From the NCBI GenBank assembly GCA_963729045.1, contig CAVSMN010000011.1, positions 1-64,000 on the forward strand: DNA of 64,000 nucleotides. The letters are read 5' to 3'. The stretch is from an uncultured Nitrososphaeraceae archaeon. Lineage in GTDB: Archaea; Thermoproteota; Nitrososphaeria; Nitrososphaerales; Nitrososphaeraceae. Shown here one piece after another: positions 32,723 to 44,168 of this stretch (position 1 is its first letter; every line of letters starts with the position of its first letter). The notes beneath the pieces are model-generated. The model saw nothing but the letters and a program-made list of their open reading frames with translations, had not been told where the DNA came from and did no database searches. The translations under genes were made by a program, and so were the position numbers.

Positions 32723-32983
32723 CTATAGTTCTATCTCGTGCGTAGGTTCTAATATTTTTTCTGTACCAGTAGGTTTTTTCATAACATTGTACTCTTCAAA
32801 AAGTGCATCAAGGGTATCTTTCTTTACAAAAAATTCCTTTTCTATGAATTCAGACTCATGATTGTCATTATATTCTCGAATTAGGACTTTAAAAACTCCC
32901 TTCTTTATTTCCCTCACCAAGAAATCGGCATTTTCTCCCTCATAATTAAAGTAGGTCACATATTCAGAAATAGGTACTTCCAA
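32723..32983 (-). CDS. Hypothetical acidic protein
   Basis: 86-aa TTG ORF. Confidence 0.6.
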   Translation of the reverse strand: MEVPISEYVTYFNYEGENADFLVREIKKGVFKVLIREYNDNHESEFIEKEFFVKKDTLDALFEEYNVMKKPTGTEKILEPTHEIEL

Positions 32984-33129
32984 TTTCCCCCAAATAAAGT
33001 CAAAAATTAACTAATATTAGTGTATCAACTTTCAAATGATAAGGTATATAACCACCTCTTAATCTTAAACTAGATCTAAATCTTTTGAAATCCTTTAAAT
33101 TTTAAATAGTAAATAGGTCTTGTACAGAT

Positions 33130-33543
33130 ATGCATAAAAAATATGCTGAAAAACCGCCAATGGTACTAATTTCGGGATCATGTCTCAACTTCAGAAAAGA
33201 AAGAGAATCCATTTTAGAATTAGTGGGTGAATTAGAGTGGGGCTGTCATTATCAATCAAAATTTGAATGCTCTTCCGTTGGAAAGACCATGGGTTGGGAT
33301 TTTTTTAATTTATATTTTGAAATGGAGTTTATAACAACATTATCTCAAGTACATCCAAAGATGCTTAAAGAAGAGGGAAACATTTTAGAACAACAGTTCG
33401 TGTTGTGGCTTGAGAAGCAATTTAAAAGAATGAAAAAGGAGTATCACCTTAAACTTGTTGAAACCCCATATGAAGTTTCAAAAGGGTTTAGAATAGATCC
33501 TGAAAGTTATAGAACGGAGGAGACATTATGGGATTTGAGATAG
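33130..33543 (+). CDS. Hypothetical protein
   Basis: 137-aa ORF with TTTAAATA box ~22 nt upstream. Confidence 0.75.
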   Translation: MHKKYAEKPPMVLISGSCLNFRKERESILELVGELEWGCHYQSKFECSSVGKTMGWDFFNLYFEMEFITTLSQVHPKMLKEEGNILEQQFVLWLEKQFKRMKKEYHLKLVETPYEVSKGFRIDPESYRTEETLWDLR

Positions 33544-33605
33544 GAGATCCTTTTTTTGCACTCTCCCAAAGATATGATTGAATAATTGCACAAATTGGCA
33601 ACAGA

Positions 33606-34571
33606 TTGAACTCGATAATAGTTACTCATGAATCTGATGTTGACGGGGTATTTTCTGCGTCAATAGCATTGATGAGATACCCACAATCCAAATTAGTTTT
33701 TTCCTCTTATGGCAAGGATAACTTTTTGCGGATTTCAGATTTAATTTATAAAGAAGTCGTCTCAAGCCAGGGAAAGGGTTTAGTCATTTTCACTGATTTA
33801 GGCCTTAACGATGAATCGATCTCCCCTATTTCGGACACATTTAGTTTTCTTATGTCAAATTCATGGTCGGTTCTTTGGATCGATCATCATCCTTGGTCAG
33901 AGTGCGCATTGAACCTATTTGACAAGAATAAAGCCCTTCAATTGGTACTTGACAGAGGAGGAAACAAGTGCGCTTCGGAATTGATGTACGAACACCTTCT
34001 CTATGGGAATGATAGAGCGAAGCAATTGGCAAGCATAGCCCACACCTCAGATTATCTTCTAAAAGATCAAGATATTCCTCCCTTACCCGAGTTGATAGTT
34101 TATTATAGGACTCTTTCAAATTTCTATTCAAAGCTTACTGTACTGGCCAAGAGAATTTCTGACGGGATATTGTGGGATACTGAGATGCAGGCAGATTATA
34201 ATACTTATGTCAACCTTCGGAACGAAGCAAAATCAAATTCTCTAAAAATGGTTAGAATTCAAAAGTTATCAGGTGGACTCAATATGGCAGTTGTCCCAGT
34301 TTCTTCTTATATACAAACTAGCTTGTTTTCAGAAGAAATATTCCAAAAAACTAAAGCGGACGTGGCATTCTTCTTTAATAAAGAAGCGAAAGTTAGTATT
34401 CGAAGAAACAATCCCATAATCGAGTGCAACAAGATTGCAGATGAACTCATTGAAGGTGGAGGCCACGAATACGCGGCAGGTGGTAAGATGAAATCTGATC
34501 CCGGTCAAATTGATGAAGTTTTAAAAGAGCTTGAAAATGCTACTGAAACATGGTTAAAAAAAAGAAAATAG
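33606..34571 (+). CDS. DHH/DHHA1 phosphoesterase
   Basis: HESDVDG, TDLG, IDHH, GGGH..AAG. Confidence 0.92.
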   Translation: MNSIIVTHESDVDGVFSASIALMRYPQSKLVFSSYGKDNFLRISDLIYKEVVSSQGKGLVIFTDLGLNDESISPISDTFSFLMSNSWSVLWIDHHPWSECALNLFDKNKALQLVLDRGGNKCASELMYEHLLYGNDRAKQLASIAHTSDYLLKDQDIPPLPELIVYYRTLSNFYSKLTVLAKRISDGILWDTEMQADYNTYVNLRNEAKSNSLKMVRIQKLSGGLNMAVVPVSSYIQTSLFSEEIFQKTKADVAFFFNKEAKVSIRRNNPIIECNKIADELIEGGGHEYAAGGKMKSDPGQIDEVLKELENATETWLKKRK

Positions 34572-34581
34572 AATAAAAAAA

Positions 34582-34893
34582 TTATTGAGTTAAAGATACC
34601 TCAATATAAACATCTTCTGGGATTTTGAGACGCATTAATTGTCTGATCGATCTGTCATCTGCCCCCAGGTCAATTACACGTCTATGAACCCTTAATTCAT
34701 ACTTATCCCATGTATTAGTCCCTTGTCCACATGGAGACTTGCGTGTAACGACCCGCATCTTTTTTGTCGGTAGTGGGTGGGGTCCCTTAAGACGTATTCC
34801 GTTTTTTTCTCCAATATCCTTGATTTCGGTACAGACATTTTCCAATGTCAATAAGTTTGTGCTTGTGAGTTTGATTCTAGCTTCTTGAGGCAT
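34582..34893 (-). CDS. rpsJ: 30S ribosomal protein S10
   Basis: GPHPLPTK, RKSPCGQGTNTWDKYELRVHRR. Confidence 0.98.
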   Translation of the reverse strand: MPQEARIKLTSTNLLTLENVCTEIKDIGEKNGIRLKGPHPLPTKKMRVVTRKSPCGQGTNTWDKYELRVHRRVIDLGADDRSIRQLMRLKIPEDVYIEVSLTQ

Positions 34894-34903
34894 CTATCGT
34901 CAC

Positions 34904-36217
34904 TTATTTCTTGTTTGGATCGTGTTTTTCAGTAATGTTTTTTACGATTCCTGCTGCGATAGTTGTTCCCATGTCTCTTAACGCAAACCTCCCAATTTCA
35001 GGGAATTCTTTAAAAGTCTCTATTGCTAACGGTCTTACGGGCCTAATTTTTACTATTGCAGCATCACCTGTTTTCAAAAACTTTGGTTTTTCTTCTACAA
35101 TTCCACCTGTTTTAGGATCAATCTTGGCTACAAATTCTGATATTGTAGCTGCAACTTGAGCTGTATGGGCATGTAATACAGGAGTATATCCGGGTGCCAT
35201 AGCCGTAGGGTGATGAATTACAATAATTTGTGCTTCAAACTCTTTAGCTACACTGGGTGGGCTATCAATATTCCCAATTATGTCACCTCTATGTATGGCC
35301 TTTTTGTCCACACCTCTGAGATTAAATCCAATATTATCTCCAGCTTCGGCATAATCCATCTGTGTATGATGAGTTTCTATAGACTTTATCTCACCGGGCA
35401 CGCCTGATGGCATTACAATAACCTTCTCGTTTGTTTTCATTTTACCTGTCTCGACTCGTCCAACAGGTACTGTACCGACACCAGTTATAGTATATACATC
35501 TTGAACTGGAATACGCAATGGTTTATTGATAGGTTTTTCAGGAGGAGTAAAAGAATCTAATGCCTCTGCTAGTGTTGATCCCTTGTACCAGGCCATATTT
35601 TCAGATTTTTTTACAAGATTGTCACCTTTCCAGGCAGAAACAGGAATGAAGCTTACTTTTGATGTATTATAGCCTACCATTTTTAACATTTTCTCAACAA
35701 TTTCTTTTACCTCATTAAATCGGGCTTCTGCATAATTAACATCATCCATCTTGTTTAAGGCAACTACGATTTGACCTACACCTAGTGTTCTAGATAAGAA
35801 GGCATGTTCTCTTGCTTGACCACCTGGTTCAGTGGCTGCCTCTGTTTCTCCTGGTTTTACTGAAACAACTAGAATTGATGCATCAGCTTCAGAAGCTCCA
35901 GTAATCATATTTTTGATAAAATCTCTATGTCCTGGTGCATCTATTAGCGTATAGAAGAATTTAGGGGTTTCAAATTTTTGAAATGCCAAATCAATGGTGA
36001 TGCCCCTTTCTCGCTCATCTTTTATGCTGTCCAATACCCAAGCATACTTGAAGGTATCACCCTTCCCAGTTGCTTCTGACTCCTTTGCAAAAGAATCAAT
36101 AGTTCTTTGATCTATAACACCTAAATCGACCATTAAATGACCAACAGTAGTTGATTTACCATTATCGACATGTCCTGTAACCACCAAATTCATATGTGGT
36201 TTTTTACTTGCGCTCAT
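34904..36217 (-). CDS. tuf: Elongation factor 1-alpha
   Basis: GHVDNGKST, ERERGITI, DAPGHRDF, NKMD. Confidence 0.99.
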   Translation of the reverse strand: MSASKKPHMNLVVTGHVDNGKSTTVGHLMVDLGVIDQRTIDSFAKESEATGKGDTFKYAWVLDSIKDERERGITIDLAFQKFETPKFFYTLIDAPGHRDFIKNMITGASEADASILVVSVKPGETEAATEPGGQAREHAFLSRTLGVGQIVVALNKMDDVNYAEARFNEVKEIVEKMLKMVGYNTSKVSFIPVSAWKGDNLVKKSENMAWYKGSTLAEALDSFTPPEKPINKPLRIPVQDVYTITGVGTVPVGRVETGKMKTNEKVIVMPSGVPGEIKSIETHHTQMDYAEAGDNIGFNLRGVDKKAIHRGDIIGNIDSPPSVAKEFEAQIIVIHHPTAMAPGYTPVLHAHTAQVAATISEFVAKIDPKTGGIVEEKPKFLKTGDAAIVKIRPVRPLAIETFKEFPEIGRFALRDMGTTIAAGIVKNITEKHDPNKK

Positions 36218-36511
36218 AAAAGATAAAAATCATTCAGGGGTTTATTTGTATTTCGCTATCTTATTTTTAATAACGTTTTGAAATCATATTTGTATGATTA
36301 TAGAACAGATCAGTGAACAGCTAAAACAATAAAAACCGTCAGGTTTTATCCCGGGATCCATGATGCTGCATTAATCATCCAATTAATAACCAACATGCCG
36401 ATTTAGTATAGTTCTTGACCTTATCTTAATAACATACTTTTATGAATTGAGGAAGCCGATATCGCTCAAAATTAATACGACTAAAAGTTAGTGATTATTT
36501 ATAGGGTGGCT

Positions 36512-36856
36512 TTATTTTCTGTTATAAGCATCCTCTAACCGAACTATGTCGGATTCATCAAATTCGCCCATTGAGATTTCCAAAATCGTAGACGGGTATT
36601 GCAAATTTTTAACCCTGTGCTTTGAACCCCTGCTAATGAAAATTACGTCGTTTTCATTTAGTATACTTTTATCACCATCGAGTTCCACAGAAATAGAGCC
36701 CTTCAGAACTTTCCACCATTCTTCTCTTTTATGATGATACTGCAAGCTGGTTTGAGAATGTGGATTCAAATGTAATAACTTTACAGTGCATTTTTCATTT
36801 TCAACAAATTTTTCAAATTTCCCCCAGGGTCGATTCTCCTCATAAACCTCTATCAT
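36512..36856 (-). CDS. Cupin, mannose-6-phosphate isomerase type II C-terminal-like
   Basis: RPWG, SLQYH..REE.W, DIVRLED.Y.R. Confidence 0.88.
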   Translation of the reverse strand: MIEVYEENRPWGKFEKFVENEKCTVKLLHLNPHSQTSLQYHHKREEWWKVLKGSISVELDGDKSILNENDVIFISRGSKHRVKNLQYPSTILEISMGEFDESDIVRLEDAYNRK

Positions 36857-37009
36857 GTTTCTAGATAGTAATTGATATCGTGTTATTTAAAAATAAACAG
36901 CGCTTTTTTTTGGGCTTTGAAATTCGTAGATAATTCCCATTGAAATTATGTTCGCATTAACAACTTATAGATGGCAATGAATCAGAATCTTCTAATAACA
37001 ATAATAGGA

Positions 37010-37372
37010 CTAGCGGATTGAAATCAAAGAATCATCAAGTGTCCCAAAACATTGGACAAATAGATTATTACTTCTCTTATAGATCCAAGTAGAGAATTCA
37101 TCGAATGTAAATACTCGCTGGTGCTGGATTGCAATCGGAACATAGCCTCCAAATGTTATAACTTGAATCACGACGAAATCTTCATTTACGATTGCAAGTT
37201 CTTGTTCCCCATAATCACTTACCTCATCAAGTAGTGTAGTGTAAAGTATTACGGGCTTGCCTGTTTCAGCAACGGTCTGAGAAAGGTCCATCAACTTCTC
37301 TTTGAAATTGTCAATTAGGCAATCTTCAAAGGACATTTGTTTACTTTCTTGTAGTCTCCGCACTTTTTTCAA
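37010..37372 (-). CDS. Hypothetical protein
   Basis: 120-aa ORF; start uncertain. Confidence 0.65.
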   Translation of the reverse strand: MKKVRRLQESKQMSFEDCLIDNFKEKLMDLSQTVAETGKPVILYTTLLDEVSDYGEQELAIVNEDFVVIQVITFGGYVPIAIQHQRVFTFDEFSTWIYKRSNNLFVQCFGTLDDSLISIR

Positions 37373-37798
37373 GCAATCTTGTTCACTAAAAGAATTTATC
37401 TACATTAAAGATCATTACATTTGACTTTTAACTAATAATCTTTACACATCATTGCCAATTATTTTTCAATTAGTTCAAAAAAAAACTTGCGTTAAAAATA
37501 TGAAAATCAATGAATCAAGATTACCGCCGCCCCCACTCGATAACCTCTAGGAGATGGTTTGCTCTCGAAAATTACTGCTTTGGCTATTATGATTGCTCCT
37601 AGATATTTCAGAAAGCGTATAGTACAAAATTCTTTGATAATTTATTTTGTTCCACACTTTGTTAAAAAAGTGATTAATATATTAGAATACGATAAGATAG
37701 AATAATTTCTATTTTGAAAAGAAGTGATATACATTATTTAACTTCATATTCTAACAATAGTGCAAGAGTTTGCTATAGTGAGATTCGCTACAATGAAA

Positions 37799-40700
37799 CT
37801 AAAGTATGTAAATTGAAATTTCTCTCCCGTCCAATTCAATCTTTTTAGATCCTTTATCTTCATCGGTTTTCTCTGAAAATTCTATTTTGTTTACACGTAC
37901 CAAATTCTGCAGATCTATTTCGAAATCTTGTAATTTCGTAATTTCTTCAGAAGAAAAATTGGAAATATATGCTGTATCCAATATTTGGGTAGGAGAATAT
38001 CCTAATTCTTTTCGAAGTTGCTGAATGTTTCGAGCCAAATCCTTAACTAAACCTTTTATTATTAATTCCTCGTTTCTAGAAGTATTTAACAGGAGAATTA
38101 CATTTTCTTTTTCTCCTACCACATAACCGCTAGTTGGGACAAACGCAAAATCCATGTCGGTAATAGTCAAATCTATAGATTTATTTGGCAAATAATCGAA
38201 ATGATAAAACCCCTCCACTTGGAGCTGTTTGAGGATCTGAATCTTATCTTCACTTTCAAATTTGTCAATTAATAAGCCAATATCACCTTTAACGATCTTG
38301 GCAACACTTTTTCTATTTATGGTAATTGATGGTATTATTGGAGCTTTAAAGTTCATTAAACTTGCTATTTTTTCAACAATAGTATTTGCTTTAATCTCTT
38401 TAACCTCAATATTTTCAATGTTCATCTGTTCTTTTAACAATTCTTTTATCCCTCCCACATTTAGAAATTCAATCTCATCAACGTAAATCAATGCGGATTC
38501 CAGTGGCCACCTCCTTTTCAACTTGTGTCGGTTTCTCAATGAAAATGATAATGATGATATCCCCTTGATCGTATCAAATGCTGTTTCAACTTCTTTATTA
38601 GCTATCAGGGCTAATTCTTCACCCTCAGGCAGATTTTCCATCAGAATTGAATCAAACTGCTTAAAACATGATTGGTAAAGGTATTCGGTAAAAAATGGAC
38701 ATATGGGATGAAGTATTATATCAATAGTCAATAGACAGCGAGATAGAATCCTATATACTGTAAATCGTCTATTCTGGTTATCCAGATCATCGCTCCAAAG
38801 ATCATATCTTATCAGAGGGACATAGGTTTGACTCAATGAATTTATTATAAAGTCTTCAACCGCATGAGAAGCTTCATGAAATCTGCAGTTCCCTAACAGT
38901 TGAGAGGATTCGTCGATTAGGCCTTTTAGCTTTGTTAAATCCAAATATCCTGACTCCTCAGGGAAAGGTCGTTAGCCTTCCAACCCGACTTTGAGTACCA
39001 ATCTCCGAATTTGAATTGATCATAGACAGCATTTTGTTGATAATAGATATGCAAGAAAAAAAGTGTGCTTAAAACCTGATGAGGTCTAGAGGACATTTCT
39101 TTAATGTCAAAATTCAAAGGCTCTATTGGAGAAGATTTCCAAATAAAGTATAATCTCACCAGGTCCACAGGATTGTCAATTAAGAGGGATTTTGCATCAA
39201 CGACATTTCCCAAACTCTTGCTCATCTTGTTTCCTTTATCATCCAAAACATGACCTGTGAACAAGAATGATTGAAATGGAGATTGAGGGCTTTTTTTGAA
39301 GATAACATTTAACATCAACAAAGTGTATGCCCAACCTCGTGTTTGGTCAATCCCCTCTGTCAAAAATTCAGCTGGAATCAGTGTATCGTATTCTGCATCA
39401 GAAAGTGATGAATAAGGGGCACTTCCGCTGTTATGCCATGTATCCAAAACAAATAATTCTCTTTTCATTTTATTTTGACATTTGGGACAATTAATTAAAA
39501 CTTCATCTATCCAGGGCCTGTGCAATTCAAAGTTTTCTCCATCCGGCAAATATGAGGCTCTCGCAACAATTGATTTTCTGGAAAATAACCCTTCTTTAAA
39601 AGAACATTTAGTACATTTCCAAATTGGAAGCGGTGTACCCCATACCCGTTCCCTCGATATGCACCAAGGAACCTTTTCCCTAATGATCTCGAGAAACCTA
39701 TTTTTTGGTTGCTCGTAAAAATAATTTACTTTTGAGGCAGCGACAATGGGCTGGTCTCCTAAAATATCAATCATGTAGAAATACTCCTTCCTTGCCAACC
39801 AAACTATTTTGTGATGAGATCGCCAACATGTAGGATATTTATGAGTCAGTTTGCTGATCTTTACTACCGAATTTGTCAATTGCATATCATTAACGACAAT
39901 TGGGTCCACATCTCTGACGAATTGATTTTTATATTTGCCAGCATCTTTGGTAAAGAATACCTTATCATCAATGGGTACAAAGATTGGTATTTTTCGTCTA
40001 GTTGCAATTTCAAAATCCTCTTCTCCATTTGCCGGTGATAAGTGGACAATTCCGCTACCAGTAGTAACATCCACAAAATTTTCTGCGACCACAAAATGGA
40101 TTTTTCCTTGGGATGCGAGATCATTCAAGCCGGGTATGTTTTCTATGATTGGATGAATGTAATACTGGCCTTCTAATTTTATGCCCAAGAATGTATCAAC
40201 CACCTCATACTTTTCAATCTTCAGGTCGGCCATCAATTCCTTAACTCTATTTTCGGAAACAATCCATTTTTCATTATTGCCTTTAAAATCGACCTTTAAG
40301 GTTAGATATCGAGCCTCAGGGTTTACACCCACCAATTCGTCGGTAACTAGAGTAAAAGGCATTGTAGTCCATACGACTAGGAAAGTTTCTGATCCTTTTA
40401 GTTTTACCTTATAATAGAATGAAGGATCTTCTACCTGCTCATAACTTTGATTGATTTCAGCATTACTTAACGATGTCTGACAAGAAGGACAATATGCTAC
40501 AACTCTAAACCATTCCTTCAATATCCCCTCCTCGAATGCCTTGCCAATGTATTTCCATTCTCTTTCAATATATTGATCAGTATAAGTCCAATAACCCTTA
40601 TCATAATCAAATGACATTCCGATCAAATTATCCACTTGTACCCATTTTTTGTTATATTCAAGAATTAATTTTTTACAAGTTTCGACAATCTTATTGATTC

Positions 40701-41046
40701 CAACTTTTCGAAGATTATCGGATTTATTACCGGTTAAACCTAGAATCTTTTCTGCTTGAAGTTCGACCGGTAAACCTTGAGAATCCCATCCCGGTTGAAA
40801 CTCCATCTTCTTTTTTTCTATTGTAGATTTTCTGAACCATAGATCTTTAATTATTCTACCTCTAATATGCCCCAGGTGTGGCTCCCCATTCATAGTAGGT
40901 GGCCCCTCGACGTAGCCTATTGTCGTTTTAAAATTTTTAGAATCTCCAAGATATTCCCTAATGGTCCTTTTTATTGTGGGATCATCATAATATGCTCTAA
41001 CATGATTTTCAAACGTCTTTAGCTCAAATTTATCCCCCAATTTCAT
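37799..41046 (-). CDS. ileS: Isoleucyl-tRNA synthetase, 1-nt frameshift ~38938
   Basis: EGPPTMNG.PHLGH (HIGH), WTTMPFTL, WCISRER.WG, EGIDQTRGW, KMSKS; anticodon domain in 37799-38944. Confidence 0.96.
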
Positions 41047-41321
41047 ATTATATTGAAAATCAAATGTCCATCCATTCTTATATTTTTGGAACTTGAAGAC
41101 AGATTTCAAGTTCCAAAAATATAATTCGAAATCAGCAGCAGTTGATGAGGTGATCTAATGTTACGAATAAACTCAAATACCCTGTGTGCATGACCTTTGT
41201 ATATCCTACTGAAACTCAGGAATTATAGAAAATTGTAGAAAAGTTTCTCTCGTATAGGAGCAGGTGTATATGGATTCCTCCCACAAATAGAATTATATTA
41301 AAATTGTAAAAATCAATTGTT

Positions 41322-41855
41322 ATGAATAAGTTTAATCAAATCGGAGCAGGAAAGAATCCACCCAGTGATATTTATGTAGTAGTTGAAATTCCTAAAAATA
41401 GTAATATCAAGTATGAATTGGATGAAGAGACTGGGATTCTATTTGTAGACAGAAAACTTCACACCTCCATGGTATATCCATTTAATTATGGATTTGTTCC
41501 TCAAACTAAGGAAGAAGACGGGGACCCAATAGATATCCTGATACTGAGTAACGATCAATTTTCTCCACTTTCAGTGATCAAATCAAAGCCAATTGGTGTC
41601 TTAATTATGGAAGACGAAGAGGGGAAGGACTCTAAAATTATAGCCGTACCACATGAAAAAATTGATTTTGATTACTCTAGGTTCAATGAAATAGATCAAT
41701 TGGATGGTCGAACTTTAGATAAAATAAAGCACTTTTTTGAACACTATAAGGAATTAGAAAAAGGCAAGTTTGTAAAAGTCACAGGTTGGGAGAATAGCAA
41801 GGTAGCAGAGCGGATAATTAATGAGGGGATTGAGAGGTTTAAGAAGGAATCATAG
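41322..41855 (+). CDS. ppa: Inorganic pyrophosphatase
   Basis: KYE, YPFNYGF.PQT, DGDPID, MEDEEG.D.K. Confidence 0.97.
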   Translation: MNKFNQIGAGKNPPSDIYVVVEIPKNSNIKYELDEETGILFVDRKLHTSMVYPFNYGFVPQTKEEDGDPIDILILSNDQFSPLSVIKSKPIGVLIMEDEEGKDSKIIAVPHEKIDFDYSRFNEIDQLDGRTLDKIKHFFEHYKELEKGKFVKVTGWENSKVAERIINEGIERFKKES

Positions 41856-43151
41856 GGCTTTAAATTGTTCACTCCAACGCATATAAGCTCTTATCATATC
41901 TGAACTCACGCTAGGCTTTCTTACTTTAAACATTTCTTTGAAATCTGCCAAATTCAATTCTCTAGGTAAATCATCTTCAACCAATGGTTCACCTTTTTCA
42001 AAAAGTTCATTCACAACCCTTAGTTGTGCAGACTGACAAATGTCTTTGATATCACTAGCACTATAAGCTTCCGAAAGTCTCGCCAATTCGTCTATTTTTA
42101 GTAATGGGTCTTTTGTTAATTTTGAAACATACTGTTTGAAAAGGTTCCGTCTGGAAGCCATATCAGGAAGGGTTACATAGATCCTCTTTTGAAACCTCCT
42201 CAAAAATCCAGATTCAAGACTCCAAGGTTTATTGGTTGCACCTATTACATAAAGGAATGATTCTTTAGATTTTCCATTAATTCCATCCATTTCGGTCAAA
42301 AATTGATTCTTTACTCTGACTTCTCCTCCAACCTCTCCATTCCTGGTCCCTAATAGGGAATCTATTTCATCGATAAATAACAATATTGGGATTTTTTCTT
42401 TCTGGTGCAAAGCCCTCGCAAAAGTAAATAGTTTTGAAATATTTTTCTCTGCTTCTCCTAACCATTTGCTCATCATAGAGGCTGCATCAATATTTATGAA
42501 ATACCCGTGTATCTCGGCTGCTGCAGCGGCGGCAAGTAAGGTTTTTCCGCAACCAGGAGGTCCAAAAAGCAGGATTCCTCTGGGCCAACCCAGTGGGAAT
42601 AAATCAGCACGTCTAGTTGGGTATACAATAGATTCACGAATAGCTCTTTTGGCATCTTCAAGGCCCACTACCTCTTTCCAACTCACCAAAGGCTTTTCCT
42701 TTAGTATCAGGTTTTCTAACTCTGAACTCAACTCTTGTATCTTGTTTGAATCTGGAGATTGTGAGTTCTGCCGTCCATGATGAATATCGTTGTGCAAATT
42801 TGTTTTATTAGGAGGAATAACGTGATTAATTCTTGAGTTAATTTTTGGTAATTGATTATCAATCATACCGGTTCTCTTAGATTCAGGCTCAACGGAAGAC
42901 TGCCTATCATCCTCTAATATGCCATTTGCCATTTGTATAGCCTTTATTCTGTTCTGATAAGCACCCGCCCTCTCTAGATAAACTCTATTTAATTTATATT
43001 CTGGATAAATTTGGACTAACTTTATTAATGCTTCACTAGCCCTCTGGTAGGAGTTTATTGCTGATGAATGTGATCCTTGAGAATCGAGTTTGATCGCTTC
43101 GGCGGCATATTTGCTTGCAGTATTCTCTAATTCCTGTGGTGCAAGTGTCAT
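41850..43151 (-). CDS. cdvC: Vps4-like AAA ATPase with MIT domain (CdvC)
   Basis: N-terminal MIT helices, [36 protein letters not shown]. Confidence 0.92.
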   Translation of the reverse strand: MTLAPQELENTASKYAAEAIKLDSQGSHSSAINSYQRASEALIKLVQIYPEYKLNRVYLERAGAYQNRIKAIQMANGILEDDRQSSVEPESKRTGMIDNQLPKINSRINHVIPPNKTNLHNDIHHGRQNSQSPDSNKIQELSSELENLILKEKPLVSWKEVVGLEDAKRAIRESIVYPTRRADLFPLGWPRGILLFGPPGCGKTLLAAAAAAEIHGYFINIDAASMMSKWLGEAEKNISKLFTFARALHQKEKIPILLFIDEIDSLLGTRNGEVGGEVRVKNQFLTEMDGINGKSKESFLYVIGATNKPWSLESGFLRRFQKRIYVTLPDMASRRNLFKQYVSKLTKDPLLKIDELARLSEAYSASDIKDICQSAQLRVVNELFEKGEPLVEDDLPRELNLADFKEMFKVRKPSVSSDMIRAYMRWSEQFKAL

Positions 43152-43343
43152 AGTATTATGTTCTCATGTTATATTTCCTATTTGTTTGATAGGATATGAA
43201 GTAAATAGTTTTAATCAAAAGAATAAAAAAAAATAAACCTTTTTTGTGTTAATCAAAAGGGAATTGTAGTTGTCTTTTTTTTAATTATTAATATAAATAT
43301 TTTGACACATGTTCTTACTATCCCTTGTGATACGATATTAATC

Positions 43344-44139
43344 ATGATGTCAACTGATGGAAATGTAAATAACGAAATTCTTGGTGGTCTAGAAGAGTTG
43401 GGATTGTCAAAATATGAGGCATCAGCTTATTATAGTCTGCTTGGAAAGGGGATGATATCAGCAACTGAAATAGCATATTCACTCAAATTTGCCTAGAACA
43501 AAAATCTACTTTATTCTAAAAAAGCTGGAAAAAAAGAACTTGGTTTTTATAAATTACCAAAAACCATTAATGTTTAGAGCTCTTTCTCCTAAGGATTCTT
43601 TTGACAACATATTAAGTAAGTACGAGAACAGGATCAAAAGTTTAAAAAAAATAATAGAAATACTTCAACAAATTAATGAAAAGGGTTTGAAAAATAAGGG
43701 AATTGAGGAGAAAAGATACCTCGTCTTAAATCAATTTTCCACAGACAGTAAGATTATTGAATTGCTAAAAAATACAAATGAATCAATTGACATCTCCCTA
43801 AATCATTGGGGTAATGTGATTTTAAACGCCTCAAAAGAAGAAATATTGAAGGCCATATACAGAGGAGTGAAAGTAAGAATCCTATTTGACTTTATGTGCC
43901 CGGCTGATTCAATAATTTTGCCTAACGCGATTGAAAAAAAAAGTGCTAAAATTAGTACAAATATGTTTATCTTTGATAATAATAGTATGATAATAATTAA
44001 TAATGACGGTACAAAATCAGCATATTTTGATTCTCATGAGATTTTTGTTCCCACCTTAGTTAGTCAATTTAACGACACGTGGGTGAAGATGGAAACAGAA
44101 TCTTTGAAAAGCAAAAATATAGAACCTATTAATTTGTGA
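43344..44139 (+). CDS. TrmB-family transcriptional regulator, frameshift ~43480
   Basis: LEELGLSKYEA.AY.SLL..G...ATEIA / PRTKIY.IL..L. Confidence 0.88.
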
Positions 44140-44168
44140 TTGGTCAGTTAACTGGATAAATTAGATAA

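Noticed and set aside
37549..37670. Small minus-strand frame LGAIIIAKAVIFESKP
   Set aside because: No in-frame start codon after the upstream stop.
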